Source: an uncultured Acidimicrobiales bacterium | GTDB lineage: Bacteria > Actinomycetota > Acidimicrobiia > Acidimicrobiales > SZUA-35 | NCBI GenBank assembly: GCA_938029215.1 | Contig: CALHFG010000015.1 | Location: 14,393-78,392, forward strand | Direction: 5' to 3' | Length of the DNA: 64,000 nt | Shown here: positions 54,101 through 62,777 of the stretch, piece by piece | Layout: every line of letters starts with the position of its first letter | How positions within the stretch are numbered: the first letter of the stretch is position 1 | Notes under the pieces: model-generated | What the model was told of the DNA's origin: nothing | Database searches by the model: none | Seen by the model: the letters and a program-made list of their open reading frames with translations, nothing else | Program-made: the position numbers and the translations under genes

Positions 54101-54844
54101 AGCACCCTCGTACGCGTCGAGGAATTCTTTGAACGACAGGTTCTGGCAGTCTTTGATGACGGGTACGACGAGATTTCGTGAACCATCGGACTTGGCCATA
54201 TCGACCGCAATGCCAATGTTGATGCGATCGCTCTGGACGATGCGGGGCTTTCCGTCGGACCCTGCCGCGTAGGTGTTGGCCATCGCGGGGACTTCTTCTT
54301 TGATCGCCCGGACGATGGCGTACCCGATGAGATGAGTAAAGCTGACCTTGCCACCCCGCACTCGCTTGAGATGGTTGTTCAGAACCTTGCGGTTAATTTC
54401 GAGGAGCTTGGCGGGCACCTCTCGAAAGCTGGTCGCGGTGGGAACCGTGAGGCTCGCTTCCATGTTGGCCACAATGCGAGCGGCTGAGCCTCGTAGCGGC
54501 ACCCCGGGCTCCTCGACCGGAGCCTCCGCCTTGTCGAGAGCCTTCGCTGGCTCGGGCTCGGATGCCGCCGGAGGTGCCGTCGCAGGTGCAGGTGCGGCAG
54601 CAGGAGTCGCGGGCGTGCCGTTGGTCGATGGTGCGATAGTGGGCGCGGACTGTCCGTTGGACGTGGGCGCGGGCGCTGCGGTGCTCGGGAGGGTCGGCGG
54701 TGCGGTAGACGATGCATCAGCCCCGGCGAACAAATCCCTCCAGTCTTCACCTACGGACTTGGGGTTGTCCTTGTAGTTCTGGGCAAGTTCCTCAACGAGC
54801 CATGCGTTGGGGCCAAGCGAGGTCGGTTCTTCATTGGAAGCCAC
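51137..54844 (-). CDS. kgd: multifunctional 2-oxoglutarate dehydrogenase E1 / decarboxylase with fused E2-like acyltransferase domain (OdhA/Kgd type)
   Basis: The protein is 1235 aa. The N-terminus is LGPNAWLVEELAQNYKDNP, followed by an Ala/Pro linker. An E2 catalytic-like segment (DHRIIQGAESG) precedes the ThDP-dependent E1 blocks. GTG start. Confidence 0.9.
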   Translation of the reverse strand: MASNEEPTSLGPNAWLVEELAQNYKDNPKSVGEDWRDLFAGADASSTAPPTLPSTAAPAPTSNGQSAPTIAPSTNGTPATPAAAPAPATAPPAASEPEPAKALDKAEAPVEEPGVPLRGSAARIVANMEASLTVPTATSFREVPAKLLEINRKVLNNHLKRVRGGKVSFTHLIGYAIVRAIKEEVPAMANTYAAGSDGKPRIVQSDRINIGIAVDMAKSDGSRNLVVPVIKDCQNLSFKEFLDAYEGAITKVRSGKLQVDDLMGANISITNPGTIGTIQSVPRLMPGQGLIVGLGGIGYPTEYQAADPTTLAELGISKIMTVSSTYDHRIIQGAESGLFLKRVHELLLGEHNFYSDIFSTMSVPYEAVQWRKDAVAGVGDVDLAHAKQHGVNTLINQYRVRGHLIANTNPLRDGPKEMHPELDPATFGLTIWDLDRKFLTGTTEGIYAAIDGVAKQMKLGDILGVLRDAYCRTIGVEYMHIADPYEKRWIQEQVEVPAVRFDREDLHHILERLSTAEAFEKFLAARYVGQKRFGLEGAESAVPILDAILNDAADDGTERAIIGMAHRGRLNVLTNIMKKEHRELFKEFEGAVDVDAIQGSGDVKYHLGYTSTHTSRAGNAIEIELAANPSHLEAVDPVVEGMARAYMDQTDAGNYPILPILIHGDAAFAGQGVIAETLNLSQVKGYKVGGTIHVIINNQLGYTTAPHHSRSSEYSTDVAKMVQAPIIHVNADDPEACVRVAQLAFSYRQRFNKDVVIDMIGYRRHGHNEGDDPSYTQPVMYRKIAARPSARTIFTQALIDRGELSIEEAEKAIEYFQQLLQIALTDTREAAPPEGIMAKPAPPPVGVLPHVDTSVPKETLDAVYEAMSFVPEDFEVHPKLAKQFLTRDKMWADGEVDWALGEQFAFGSLLVEGTSVRLAGQDSRRGTFAHRHATLSHYQDGSEYTPLTRLAKDGTDFWVYDSTLSEYAGLGFEYGYSLVSPDCLTLWEAQFGDFVNGAQIIIDQFLVSAEDKWNEQSPLVMLLPHGYEGQGPEHSSGRLERFLLLCAEDNIQVANPTTSAQYFHLLRRQIVREINKPLIVFTPKSGLRAKYSRCTVDQFTSGTFEEVLEPAPVADASSVTRVVFASGKVAAEAEQYRDENGINAAVVRVEQLYPWPFADVAAALQRYNNASEIVWLQEEPENMGAWNSVKGRLYEAHGDTHRIRRVSRTESGSPATGSRNIHLQEQAELLKRAFT

Positions 54845-54885
54845 TCCATGAGGTTAGTCCCCGATCTACTAGTGTTCGGAGTCCT

Positions 54886-55674
54886 GTGATTATTGCGACG
54901 TGGAACGTGAATTCCCTGAAAGCACGACTGCCTCGTGTCGAGCAATGGCTCGCAGACGTCCAGCCAGATGTGCTGTGCATGCAGGAGACGAAAATGAAGG
55001 ACAGCGGCTTTCCCGCCGCTCTCTTTGGTGAACTCGGCTACGAATCGGTTCACCACGGGTTTAACCAGTGGAACGGCGTTGCGATTCTTTCCAAAGTAGG
55101 GATCGAAAACCCACTTGGGGGGTTCGCTCCAGGAATCGAGGCCGACCCGGACGCTCGCTTGGTCTCCGCCACCTGCGGTGGTGTTCGAGTGCACAGCGTC
55201 TATGTTCCTAACGGGCGCGAGATTGGGCATGAACATTTCCACTACAAACTTTCCTGGCTTGATCGGCTCGTCGAACACCTCTCAACCACCACCGCTCCGA
55301 CCGAGAACGTCGTGGTCGCCGGCGACTGGAATATCGCACCGGCCGATATCGACGTGTGGGAGCCGAAAATTTTCGACGGGTCCACCCACGTCACGCCGGA
55401 AGAGCGCGACGCGCTCGACCGAGTGGTTCAGTGGGGTCTAGTGGACACCTTTCGAGCCCGTCATCCCGAGGAGAAACTCTTCAGCTACTACGACTACCAG
55501 GCAGGTAGGTTCCACAAACGAGAGGGAATTCGGATTGACTTCCTGTTGGCGTCGGCTTCGCTCGCCGACTCCTGTTTCCTAGACATCGTGGATCGCAACG
55601 CTCGCAAAGGCACCAAACCCAGCGATCATGCTCCGGTACTGGCCGGTTACCGGCACAGAATCGCGCACGAGTGA
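54886..55674 (+). CDS. xthA: exodeoxyribonuclease III
   Basis: From GTG 54886, the motifs are VIIATWNVNSLKARL, CMQETK, GDWNIAP and a C-terminal SDHAPV. Confidence 0.85.
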   Translation: MIIATWNVNSLKARLPRVEQWLADVQPDVLCMQETKMKDSGFPAALFGELGYESVHHGFNQWNGVAILSKVGIENPLGGFAPGIEADPDARLVSATCGGVRVHSVYVPNGREIGHEHFHYKLSWLDRLVEHLSTTTAPTENVVVAGDWNIAPADIDVWEPKIFDGSTHVTPEERDALDRVVQWGLVDTFRARHPEEKLFSYYDYQAGRFHKREGIRIDFLLASASLADSCFLDIVDRNARKGTKPSDHAPVLAGYRHRIAHE

Positions 55675-57905
55675 ACCTTCCTACACTCGTACTATTCGCT
55701 GCCGAGTCTGGTGGAGTACAGCAGGGTCAACGACTCATCAACATTCCACACCACGAACTGCTTGTGTTCTGGGTGCAAATTTTGGCGTTGTGGGCGGTTG
55801 CACGGATCTTCGGCGCCATAGCTCGACGGGTTGGACTGCCGTCGGTGGTCGGCGAGCTCTCGGCGGGCTTGGCTTTGGGTCCTTCGATCTTTGGAGTGTT
55901 GTGGGGCAGCGGCTTCGACTGGTTCCTTCCGGGCTATGAAGAGGGCGACGTGCAAGGAAGCCTGCTGCTTCTCGGGGTCAGCTGGTTCAGCGCGGCGTTC
56001 CTGCTGGTGGTAGCTGGCTTTGAGACGGACCTGAACCTCATCGTTCAACGAGGCAAGCCCGCAGCGATGGTCACAGCAGGCTCGATCATCTTGCCGCTTG
56101 CTGGCGGCCTTATCGTCGGCACCCAATTCCCCACCGAGTTCTTTGGAACCAACGCCGACGGTGAACTGGCCGATCGTTTGACAGTCACGTTGTTTATCGG
56201 CGTCAGTCTTGCGGTTTCTGCGCTTGCCGTCGTTGCGAAGATGCTCAGTGATTTGGGCCTGATGCGCCGAGACGTTGGTCAGATCACGGTCGCCGCGGGG
56301 ATGGCCAACGACCTCATCGGTTGGGTCATCCTGGGCGTCATTTCCGGCGTTGCCGTGTCGGGCGGTTTCGACCCGGTCAACAGCGGGTTGACCGTGTTGG
56401 GCCTGGCGCTCTTTCTGGTCGGAGCGCTCACCGTCGGACAGCGAATTGTTGATGCATCGCTTCGAGCGGTGCGACGTGACGGAGCCAACCTGCAAGGGGC
56501 GCTCACCGTTGCCTTGGCGTCGATGTTCATCTTTGGCGTGATAACCCAGTGGCTAGGTGTCGAAGCGGTGTTGGGGGCATTCGTTGCCGGCGTTGTGTTG
56601 GCCCGCAGTCGGTATCAGCAGCCGGGTGCCGTTCACGTCGTCGAGGATCTCACCTCTGTGGTTTTCGCGCCTCTGTTCTTTGCCACAGCCGGTCTGCGTG
56701 TCGATCTCACCCTGCTGCGTGGAAAGGCGCTGTACTGGACCGGCATCCTGCTGGCGGTCGCTCTAGTCTTGAAGTTCGTCGGGTCCTATGTCGGCGCGAG
56801 GGTCGGCGGTCTGTCGAGCCGTGAAGGTCTTGTTCTTGGGGCCGGTCTCAATGCTCGCGGTGCCCTTGAGATCATCATTGCAACGGTTGCGTTGAGCCTT
56901 GGTGTGTTCAATGCAACCGCCTTCACCATGATCGTGATTATTCCGCTGATCACCTCGCTGATCGCGTCGATAGGCGTCCGGGTCTTTGCCCAAAACCTCG
57001 AAGGCTCGGTGGCCGAGCGGGAGCGTCTTGCGAAAGAAGAAGCGCTGGCCAAGAACCTGGTGGTGCGGGGCGGGCGAGTCCTCATTCCGTCCGAAGGCTC
57101 CAAAAGCTCGATCGTCGCTTCGCAGGTCGTTCACTTTGCCTGGCCCGCTGACCAGGGGGCAACCGTGGTAGCGATCAAAGACGAAGAAGGCAACGAACCC
57201 GATCTCGAACCGATTACGAACACCATGTTCGGTCGTGATTTTGAGTTCGTCACCGCTGCGGACAATGAAGCTGCCGAGGCTCTCATCGCGCAATCGAAGC
57301 TTGGGTACTCCGTGGCTGCGGTCGGTGTTGCTGACCTCGGTGGAGCAGTGCTTTCTACCTTCGCGGATGACCTGCTCAATGAGCTTCATATTCCGGTGGT
57401 TCTGGTCCGACGTGCCCGCAACACCGGAAAACGACTACCGGGTATCTTCGCCAGAGCCCTCGTGCCGGTGGCGGGTTCGCAATCCAGTCGGGCCGCTCTA
57501 GAGCTCGCCGGAAATCTGTCTGCCAACCTCGGAACCCAGCTGATGTTGAGTCACGTGATCTATCAAGACACACCGACGGGTGTCGGTGGAGTGGGTCTAG
57601 TAGATCGGTTGCGAGATGCGGCGGTGGCTAACTCGAAGGATGCCGCGGCGAGCGTGCTTGCCGACGCTGCGGCGCAGGCGCAGGAACTGCGAGCATCGTT
57701 CGAAACAGAGACTCGCTTCGCGCCAAGCGTCAGCGGTGAGATCATGCGACACGCCAATCAAATTGATGCAGACTTGATCATCATTGGAGCGGAAGTTCGT
57801 CGCCTCGAAGGAAAGGCCTACTTGGGTCAGAACGTTCAGTCGGTGCTTGATAACGCACCCCAGACCGTGGTGGTTGTCGTGCTGCCGGCCAGTGACTCCC
57901 ACTAA
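55671..57905 (+). CDS. CPA2 cation:proton antiporter fused to tandem universal-stress-protein (USP) domains
   Basis: There is a Kef-type Na+/H+ exchanger domain of about 400 aa with 12-13 helices. Two USP-like alpha/beta modules follow. The start overlaps the xthA stop (GTGA). Confidence 0.8.
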   Translation: MNLPTLVLFAAESGGVQQGQRLINIPHHELLVFWVQILALWAVARIFGAIARRVGLPSVVGELSAGLALGPSIFGVLWGSGFDWFLPGYEEGDVQGSLLLLGVSWFSAAFLLVVAGFETDLNLIVQRGKPAAMVTAGSIILPLAGGLIVGTQFPTEFFGTNADGELADRLTVTLFIGVSLAVSALAVVAKMLSDLGLMRRDVGQITVAAGMANDLIGWVILGVISGVAVSGGFDPVNSGLTVLGLALFLVGALTVGQRIVDASLRAVRRDGANLQGALTVALASMFIFGVITQWLGVEAVLGAFVAGVVLARSRYQQPGAVHVVEDLTSVVFAPLFFATAGLRVDLTLLRGKALYWTGILLAVALVLKFVGSYVGARVGGLSSREGLVLGAGLNARGALEIIIATVALSLGVFNATAFTMIVIIPLITSLIASIGVRVFAQNLEGSVAERERLAKEEALAKNLVVRGGRVLIPSEGSKSSIVASQVVHFAWPADQGATVVAIKDEEGNEPDLEPITNTMFGRDFEFVTAADNEAAEALIAQSKLGYSVAAVGVADLGGAVLSTFADDLLNELHIPVVLVRRARNTGKRLPGIFARALVPVAGSQSSRAALELAGNLSANLGTQLMLSHVIYQDTPTGVGGVGLVDRLRDAAVANSKDAAASVLADAAAQAQELRASFETETRFAPSVSGEIMRHANQIDADLIIIGAEVRRLEGKAYLGQNVQSVLDNAPQTVVVVVLPASDSH

Positions 57906-59067
57906 GCCGTCTTCGGACGTCGCAACCTTTGTTCGACAGAACTGGATCATCCTGGTCGCAATTGTTGCAGGATTGATCAGTCTGGTGGCTCTGGGGCGCA
58001 CCGCAGTCAACCGGCTGCAATCGGAGAATTCATCGGCTGAGATCCACGCGGCCTCCCCGACATTCTCGGCTGAGCGGGTGTACATGGTGTGCGGCAACGT
58101 CGAAGGGGCACCGAACGACCTCACCGGATGCAGCGTCGGACTGGACGGCACATTTGCGTCCTTCGGTAACAGTGTGCGGCCGCTCACTCAACCGCTGGTC
58201 GCTCCTGATTCATCCGCGATCGCCTTTGCGGAACCGGGCGGCCGAATCGTCGTGCGGTCACCCGATGGCAACGCGATCGCCGATCTGGACGTACCGGGCC
58301 TTTCCGGTCCTCTCGACTGGGGTTCGGACGGGTTGCTTGTTTCAGACCGATCTGCCGTGGTGGTGATCGACCTCGATCAAAGCGTGGTTTCGGGCGAACT
58401 GACTCTGGAGCGATTCGACCTGCCGGAGGGTCACGAGGTGCTGGGAGTCGCTCGCTTCTCGCCCGATGGCAGGCTCATAGCCGTTGGCACAAAGCAGGAC
58501 GATTTGGCCGCCGATGAGGTGTACCGCATTCTGGTTCTCAACCGTGAGACCGGCGCCATCACCTCCTATGGCGAACAGGTTGTTGAGCGGGACCCAACCA
58601 CCTTCACGGGAACGTTTGCCGACCCGGCATTTGATACCACTGGCGAACGGTTGGCTTGGGCGGACGGGATCTCGGGAGACTTGACCGTGCTCGATTTGGA
58701 GACGGGCGCGAGTGAGACCCTCCGACTGGCCAATCCGCCCCACCTGATCACCGGCGTTTCCTGGTCTCCCACCGGGCTCATCGTCGTGGGCGTCGATGCT
58801 CGGCTCCGACTTGTCGACCCAGCCAATGCGATGGCGGTGACCTCACCCCTGCCTCGAAACTGGTCGATCACAGCTTCGACGCCCAGATGGTCTGGGGACG
58901 GGACTCAGTTTGTTACGACGGTGCAAACGCCAGATACAGAAGCCTTGCTCGATCTCGTGCTGGTAGACCTTGCTCAAGGGTCAGTCCGGTTGCTTACGAA
59001 TTCTTCTACTCCTCCTGCGCCCATCTCCACCTTTCCTGGTTTTCCGGTCTGGCCGTCCCAGGGGTAG
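57892..59067 (+). CDS. membrane-anchored TolB-like (PD40/WD40-like) beta-propeller protein
   Basis: GTG 57892 overlaps the antiporter stop by 14 nt. The TM helix is WIILVAIVAGLISLVAL. Repeated SPDG/WSPTG/WSGDG PD40-type motifs follow. Confidence 0.6.
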   Translation: MTPTKPSSDVATFVRQNWIILVAIVAGLISLVALGRTAVNRLQSENSSAEIHAASPTFSAERVYMVCGNVEGAPNDLTGCSVGLDGTFASFGNSVRPLTQPLVAPDSSAIAFAEPGGRIVVRSPDGNAIADLDVPGLSGPLDWGSDGLLVSDRSAVVVIDLDQSVVSGELTLERFDLPEGHEVLGVARFSPDGRLIAVGTKQDDLAADEVYRILVLNRETGAITSYGEQVVERDPTTFTGTFADPAFDTTGERLAWADGISGDLTVLDLETGASETLRLANPPHLITGVSWSPTGLIVVGVDARLRLVDPANAMAVTSPLPRNWSITASTPRWSGDGTQFVTTVQTPDTEALLDLVLVDLAQGSVRLLTNSSTPPAPISTFPGFPVWPSQG

Positions 59068-59085
59068 GCGGTCGTCAGTCCGGTG

Positions 59086-59120
59086 AAAAAGAGCTCGAGC
59101 CGAGCCCGAAGGCTCGGCTC
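59086..59120. terminator. bidirectional intrinsic terminator
   Basis: There is a perfect 10-bp stem GAGCCGAGCC-cgaa-GGCTCGGCTC. The AAAAA on the plus strand becomes a U-tract for the minus-strand gene. It lies between convergent genes ending at 59067 and 59156. Confidence 0.7.
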
Positions 59121-59155
59121 GTTCTCCGTTGGTAGGAGGATTCGTTGGCGGTTGG

Positions 59156-59995
59156 TTAGGCGCTGGCGGTTGCTGCAGCGGCGGCTCGGGCGCCGCGGGT
59201 ACCCCGGATTCCGCGACGCTCACTGCGGTCGGGGCGCTCGGAGGTCACCTTGTCTTCGATCTTCTCCTCGAGACCTTCAAGAATGTTGTCTGCTCGGTCC
59301 TGGGTGATGTCGCCAGCTTCAAGCTTCTCGGCAATGTTTGCCTCAGCGCCGGCGACAATTGCATCCACCAGTGCGTCGGTGGAAACGCCGTTTGTCTCGG
59401 CCAGATCCGCCAAGGTCTGGCCCGACTGAAGAGCTTCGCGGATCTCTTCCTGGGTGAGACCCAGGAGATCCTGAACAATTTCAGAGCCTCCGCTCTTCCA
59501 GTGGCCGCGACCGTTGCGCATCGTGGGGACGGTATTCAGGCGTTCGGTGATCTTGGCCTCGAGGCCTTCCAATTTCTCATCGGCTTCTTCTTGGGTGATG
59601 TCGCCGGCTTCGACCTTGGCGGCGACCTTGGCTTGAATTTCGTCGGTGAGAGCGCTGACGATTGTGTCGAGCTCAACGCCCTGCACGGCGGCAATCTCGG
59701 CGGCGGTGTTGCCAGCGGCGAATTGCTCGCGAAGTTCCTCTTGGGTGAGGCCCAGGAGTTCGCTGAGGACCTCGGACCGTACACCCCGGTGTCCCCGACG
59801 GTGGCGCCCTTCGGTTTGCTCGTCGGTGTCGGACTCGGTGGTCTCGGGCTCGGTGGTCTCAGGTTCGACGTCTTGTGCACCAGCCAGGGAGGGGAGGAGG
59901 GTGACACCGCCGACGAGGGCTGCGGTCGTTACTGCAACTCCAGCCAATCCGGTTCGGAGGGTGGAGCGGTTGGGGGTGGTGGGGGTTGTAGTCAT
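59156..59995 (-). CDS. secreted protein with two ~95-aa helical repeat modules
   Basis: The signal peptide ends in PSLAGA-QD. An acidic ETTEPETTE stretch follows. Two modules then share LLGLTQEE.RE...G.T.A..A...GV..D..V.A......A.......EAGDITQ..AD..LEGLE.KI. Arg/Gly/His-rich linkers flank the modules. Confidence 0.7.
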   Translation of the reverse strand: MTTTPTTPNRSTLRTGLAGVAVTTAALVGGVTLLPSLAGAQDVEPETTEPETTESDTDEQTEGRHRRGHRGVRSEVLSELLGLTQEELREQFAAGNTAAEIAAVQGVELDTIVSALTDEIQAKVAAKVEAGDITQEEADEKLEGLEAKITERLNTVPTMRNGRGHWKSGGSEIVQDLLGLTQEEIREALQSGQTLADLAETNGVSTDALVDAIVAGAEANIAEKLEAGDITQDRADNILEGLEEKIEDKVTSERPDRSERRGIRGTRGARAAAAATASA

Positions 59996-60060
59996 GTTCA
60001 GCAGTGTGCAGAAGCGATCTGAATCGATTCTGAATAGCTGAACAGCGGCTGGACGCGACG

Positions 60061-62064
60061 TTACGCGTCCTGCACGATCTTTAGGATCGCGTCGCCGTAC
60101 TTATCGAGCTTGGTGGGGCCGATGCCCGAGATTCCGGCGAGTTGGCCCCTGGTCGCAGGCTTCTTCTTCGCTATGGCAACCAGGGTGGCGTCGTTCAACA
60201 CCACATACGCCGGGACGTCGTGCGCTTTGGACTGAGCATGTCGCCAGCTTCGTAGTTCGATGAAGATTGGGTCGTCCTTGTCGGCATCGCTGGGTTTCGC
60301 CTTTGTCTTTCCCAACGCCTTGCGAGCTTCCTTGGCCATGACTTTGAACTTGGTGGGGTCCAAACCTCGACGAAGATGTTCGATGGCCCGTTCAATTTCG
60401 CCGAGGTATGGAGATGGCCGCCGCGACGCGGGTTTGGTTCGGAAGGTTCGCTCCTCGGCAAAGCTGAGATGAAGTTCTCGCTCGGCGCGGGTCACGGCAA
60501 CGTAGAGCAGCCGACGTTCTTCTGCCAGTTGTGCGCCGGTTTCGGCGTAGCTAATGGGAACAAACCCTTGTTCGAGGCCCGCGATGTGGACCACCGGCCA
60601 CTCCAGTCCTTTGGCGCCATGGAACGTAGACAGGTCAACTGCGTCGGCATCGCGATGGACTTCGTTGGCTTGCACTGTGGCCAGCCAGGCCAAGAAGTCG
60701 GGCCCGCTCGGTCGGGGGTCAACGGCGATGTAGTCGCGTACGAGGCGGAGGAGGGCCTGCCGGTTCGATTGACGCTCGGCCTCGTTGGGTGTCATATCCT
60801 CCGGGGGATCGTCGAGCTCTGAGGCAAACGTCTCGACCGCCTGAACGAAGTCGATCCCGGGTCGTCCGATGCGGCGGACTACTTCTTTCACCTCCGGGGT
60901 TGCGAGCGGGCCCTTGCCGCCTCGCATGCGGACGGGAATTCCTGCCGCGGCGAGCGCTTGTTCGATGGGGACCAATTGCGCGTTGGTGCGCACCAAAACG
61001 GCTTGTCCGTTCCATCCCTCGGAAGGATCTTGCGTTCGGCGCACCGCGGCGGCAATTCCCTGGGCCTCGGCGGTCTCGTTCTCATATGCGGTAACGGTGG
61101 GAACGGGACCGTCGCTGCGATGCGGAACGAGGTCCCCGCCCTTGCCGGCGAGCGCCGCTTTCGCCAAGGTCAGAATCTGAGCCGACGACCGGTAGTTGTC
61201 GTTGAGGTGGACCACTGTGGTCTTGGGCTCGCGTTGGGGGAAGTCGGTGATCAGAAACGGGTTTGCACCGTTCCAGCCATAGATCGCCTGGTTGGGGTCG
61301 CCAACGATGAATAGATCGTCGTTGTCGCCTCGCCATTCGTTGAGCAATGCATTCTGTAGTGGGTTTACGTCTTGGAACTCGTCAACATACAGATGTCGGT
61401 GCCGCCACCTGACGGCCTCGGCATAGCTGGGATCGGCTCGCAGATCACGAACGGCCAGGCCGAGGAGATCGTCGAAATCGACGAGCCGGCGGCGCTTCTT
61501 GAGCTGTTCGTAGCGCTCCATGATGTCAACAAACTCATCGGCACTGACCGGCGGGGTACGGCCGGCCTTCTCCGCCTCGGAGTGGTAATACGCAGGCTCG
61601 ATCATGCGGGCTCGGGCCCATTCCATCTCGCCGATGACGTCGAAGACTTCTACGTCTTTGCGGCGTCCCACCAGTTGGGCGACCATCGCATACTTCCGGT
61701 CGAGCATTTGCGGCGGCTCGATTCCGCGCTCTTCCCAGCGGCGCCGCAGTTGGGTGAGCGCCACGCTGTGGAACGTTCCCGCTACGACCGAGTCGCGCAA
61801 TCCCAGCTGACGAAGGCGGGACTGCAGCTCATTGGCGGCCTTTCTGGTGAAGGTGAGGGAGAGAACATAGCGAGGGTCGGTCTCGCCCGTCTCGATCCGG
61901 TACGCAATACGGCGAGTCAGCACGCGGGTCTTGCCCGATCCGGCACCGGCATGCACGACGAGCGGCCCGCCCTTCGACGTGACCGCGGCAGCCTGCGATT
62001 CGTTTAGCCCGTCCAGTAGGCGCTCGGGATCCATCCCTTCGACCCTACCCAGACGGTGTGACAT
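60061..62064 (-). CDS. UvrD/Rep-family ATP-dependent DNA helicase with C-terminal HRDC domain (UvrD2-like)
   Basis: Walker A is AGAGSGKT. The motifs YVDEFQD and VHIAGLEQG are present. The C-terminal HRDC-like segment is LRSWRHAQSKAHDVPAYVVLNDATLVAIA...GIGPTKLDKYG. The start is ATG 62064 or ATG 62034. Confidence 0.85.
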   Translation of the reverse strand: MSHRLGRVEGMDPERLLDGLNESQAAAVTSKGGPLVVHAGAGSGKTRVLTRRIAYRIETGETDPRYVLSLTFTRKAANELQSRLRQLGLRDSVVAGTFHSVALTQLRRRWEERGIEPPQMLDRKYAMVAQLVGRRKDVEVFDVIGEMEWARARMIEPAYYHSEAEKAGRTPPVSADEFVDIMERYEQLKKRRRLVDFDDLLGLAVRDLRADPSYAEAVRWRHRHLYVDEFQDVNPLQNALLNEWRGDNDDLFIVGDPNQAIYGWNGANPFLITDFPQREPKTTVVHLNDNYRSSAQILTLAKAALAGKGGDLVPHRSDGPVPTVTAYENETAEAQGIAAAVRRTQDPSEGWNGQAVLVRTNAQLVPIEQALAAAGIPVRMRGGKGPLATPEVKEVVRRIGRPGIDFVQAVETFASELDDPPEDMTPNEAERQSNRQALLRLVRDYIAVDPRPSGPDFLAWLATVQANEVHRDADAVDLSTFHGAKGLEWPVVHIAGLEQGFVPISYAETGAQLAEERRLLYVAVTRAERELHLSFAEERTFRTKPASRRPSPYLGEIERAIEHLRRGLDPTKFKVMAKEARKALGKTKAKPSDADKDDPIFIELRSWRHAQSKAHDVPAYVVLNDATLVAIAKKKPATRGQLAGISGIGPTKLDKYGDAILKIVQDA

Positions 62065-62087
62065 CCCGGGCCAGCTGACCGGCAGAT

Positions 62088-62732
62088 CTAGAGGCGTCTG
62101 AGGAGCTCGGCCTTCTTAGCCTCGAACTCTGCGTCGGTCAGGATTCCGCGGTTTCGCAATTCGTCCAGTTGAGCGATCTGATCAGGGATCGACTGGCTTG
62201 GGGACTGGCCACCCAGTTGCGCCTTGATGCTGTCTCCAACCCGATCGAACTTCCGGTTCTCATTGTCCTCGACCTGCCGGTAGATCTCGTTCTGCACGTT
62301 CAGCGGACGGCGAATGTTGGTGAATTCCTGGGTGCCTTGTTCTGAGGCGGACTCGATCTCCAGATCGCCCGACTTGATGATCCGTTCAAAGAGGCCTTGG
62401 CGGAAGAAAACGGTGTTGATCTTCTCCAGCGGGATCTCCACGCCAGCCCGGCTGAGGACGCCGGTGCGAGAAATGAGCCGGTCGGTGGTGATCACAAAGC
62501 TGGTCGTGGCCCACTTGACGTAACTGATGCCAAACCAGCCGAGTGCCGCGACCACGCCGACGGCGGTGACCAGGTTCAGCACATTGGGCGCACCATCCCA
62601 CGCCAGCATGAGGATTCCAAGAGCGATTGTGGCAATCAGCAGTGCCAGCGGTTTGGCAAAATACCACCAGTGCGGACGAAGATCGAGCACGACTCGTTCG
62701 TTCTGATTGAGCATTTCCTCGGGGAAGGGCAC
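62088..62732 (-). CDS. membrane protein with bacterial PH (YdbT/DUF304-like) domain and C-terminal SHOCT motif
   Basis: There are two TM helices after NERVVLDLRPHWWYF. The PH-like core is TDRLISRTGVLSRAGVEIPLEKI. The C-terminus is GILTDAEFEAKKAELL (SHOCT). Confidence 0.65.
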   Translation of the reverse strand: MPFPEEMLNQNERVVLDLRPHWWYFAKPLALLIATIALGILMLAWDGAPNVLNLVTAVGVVAALGWFGISYVKWATTSFVITTDRLISRTGVLSRAGVEIPLEKINTVFFRQGLFERIIKSGDLEIESASEQGTQEFTNIRRPLNVQNEIYRQVEDNENRKFDRVGDSIKAQLGGQSPSQSIPDQIAQLDELRNRGILTDAEFEAKKAELLRRL

Positions 62733-62777
62733 GCTGCAAGGCTACTTGGCTCCGAAGGTCGCATACGATCTGAACCC

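Noticed and set aside
59129-60022. 297-aa plus-strand ORF
   Set aside because: It is antisense to the secreted two-module protein. Its Gly/Leu-rich composition is the mirror image of an Ala/Glu-rich true frame.
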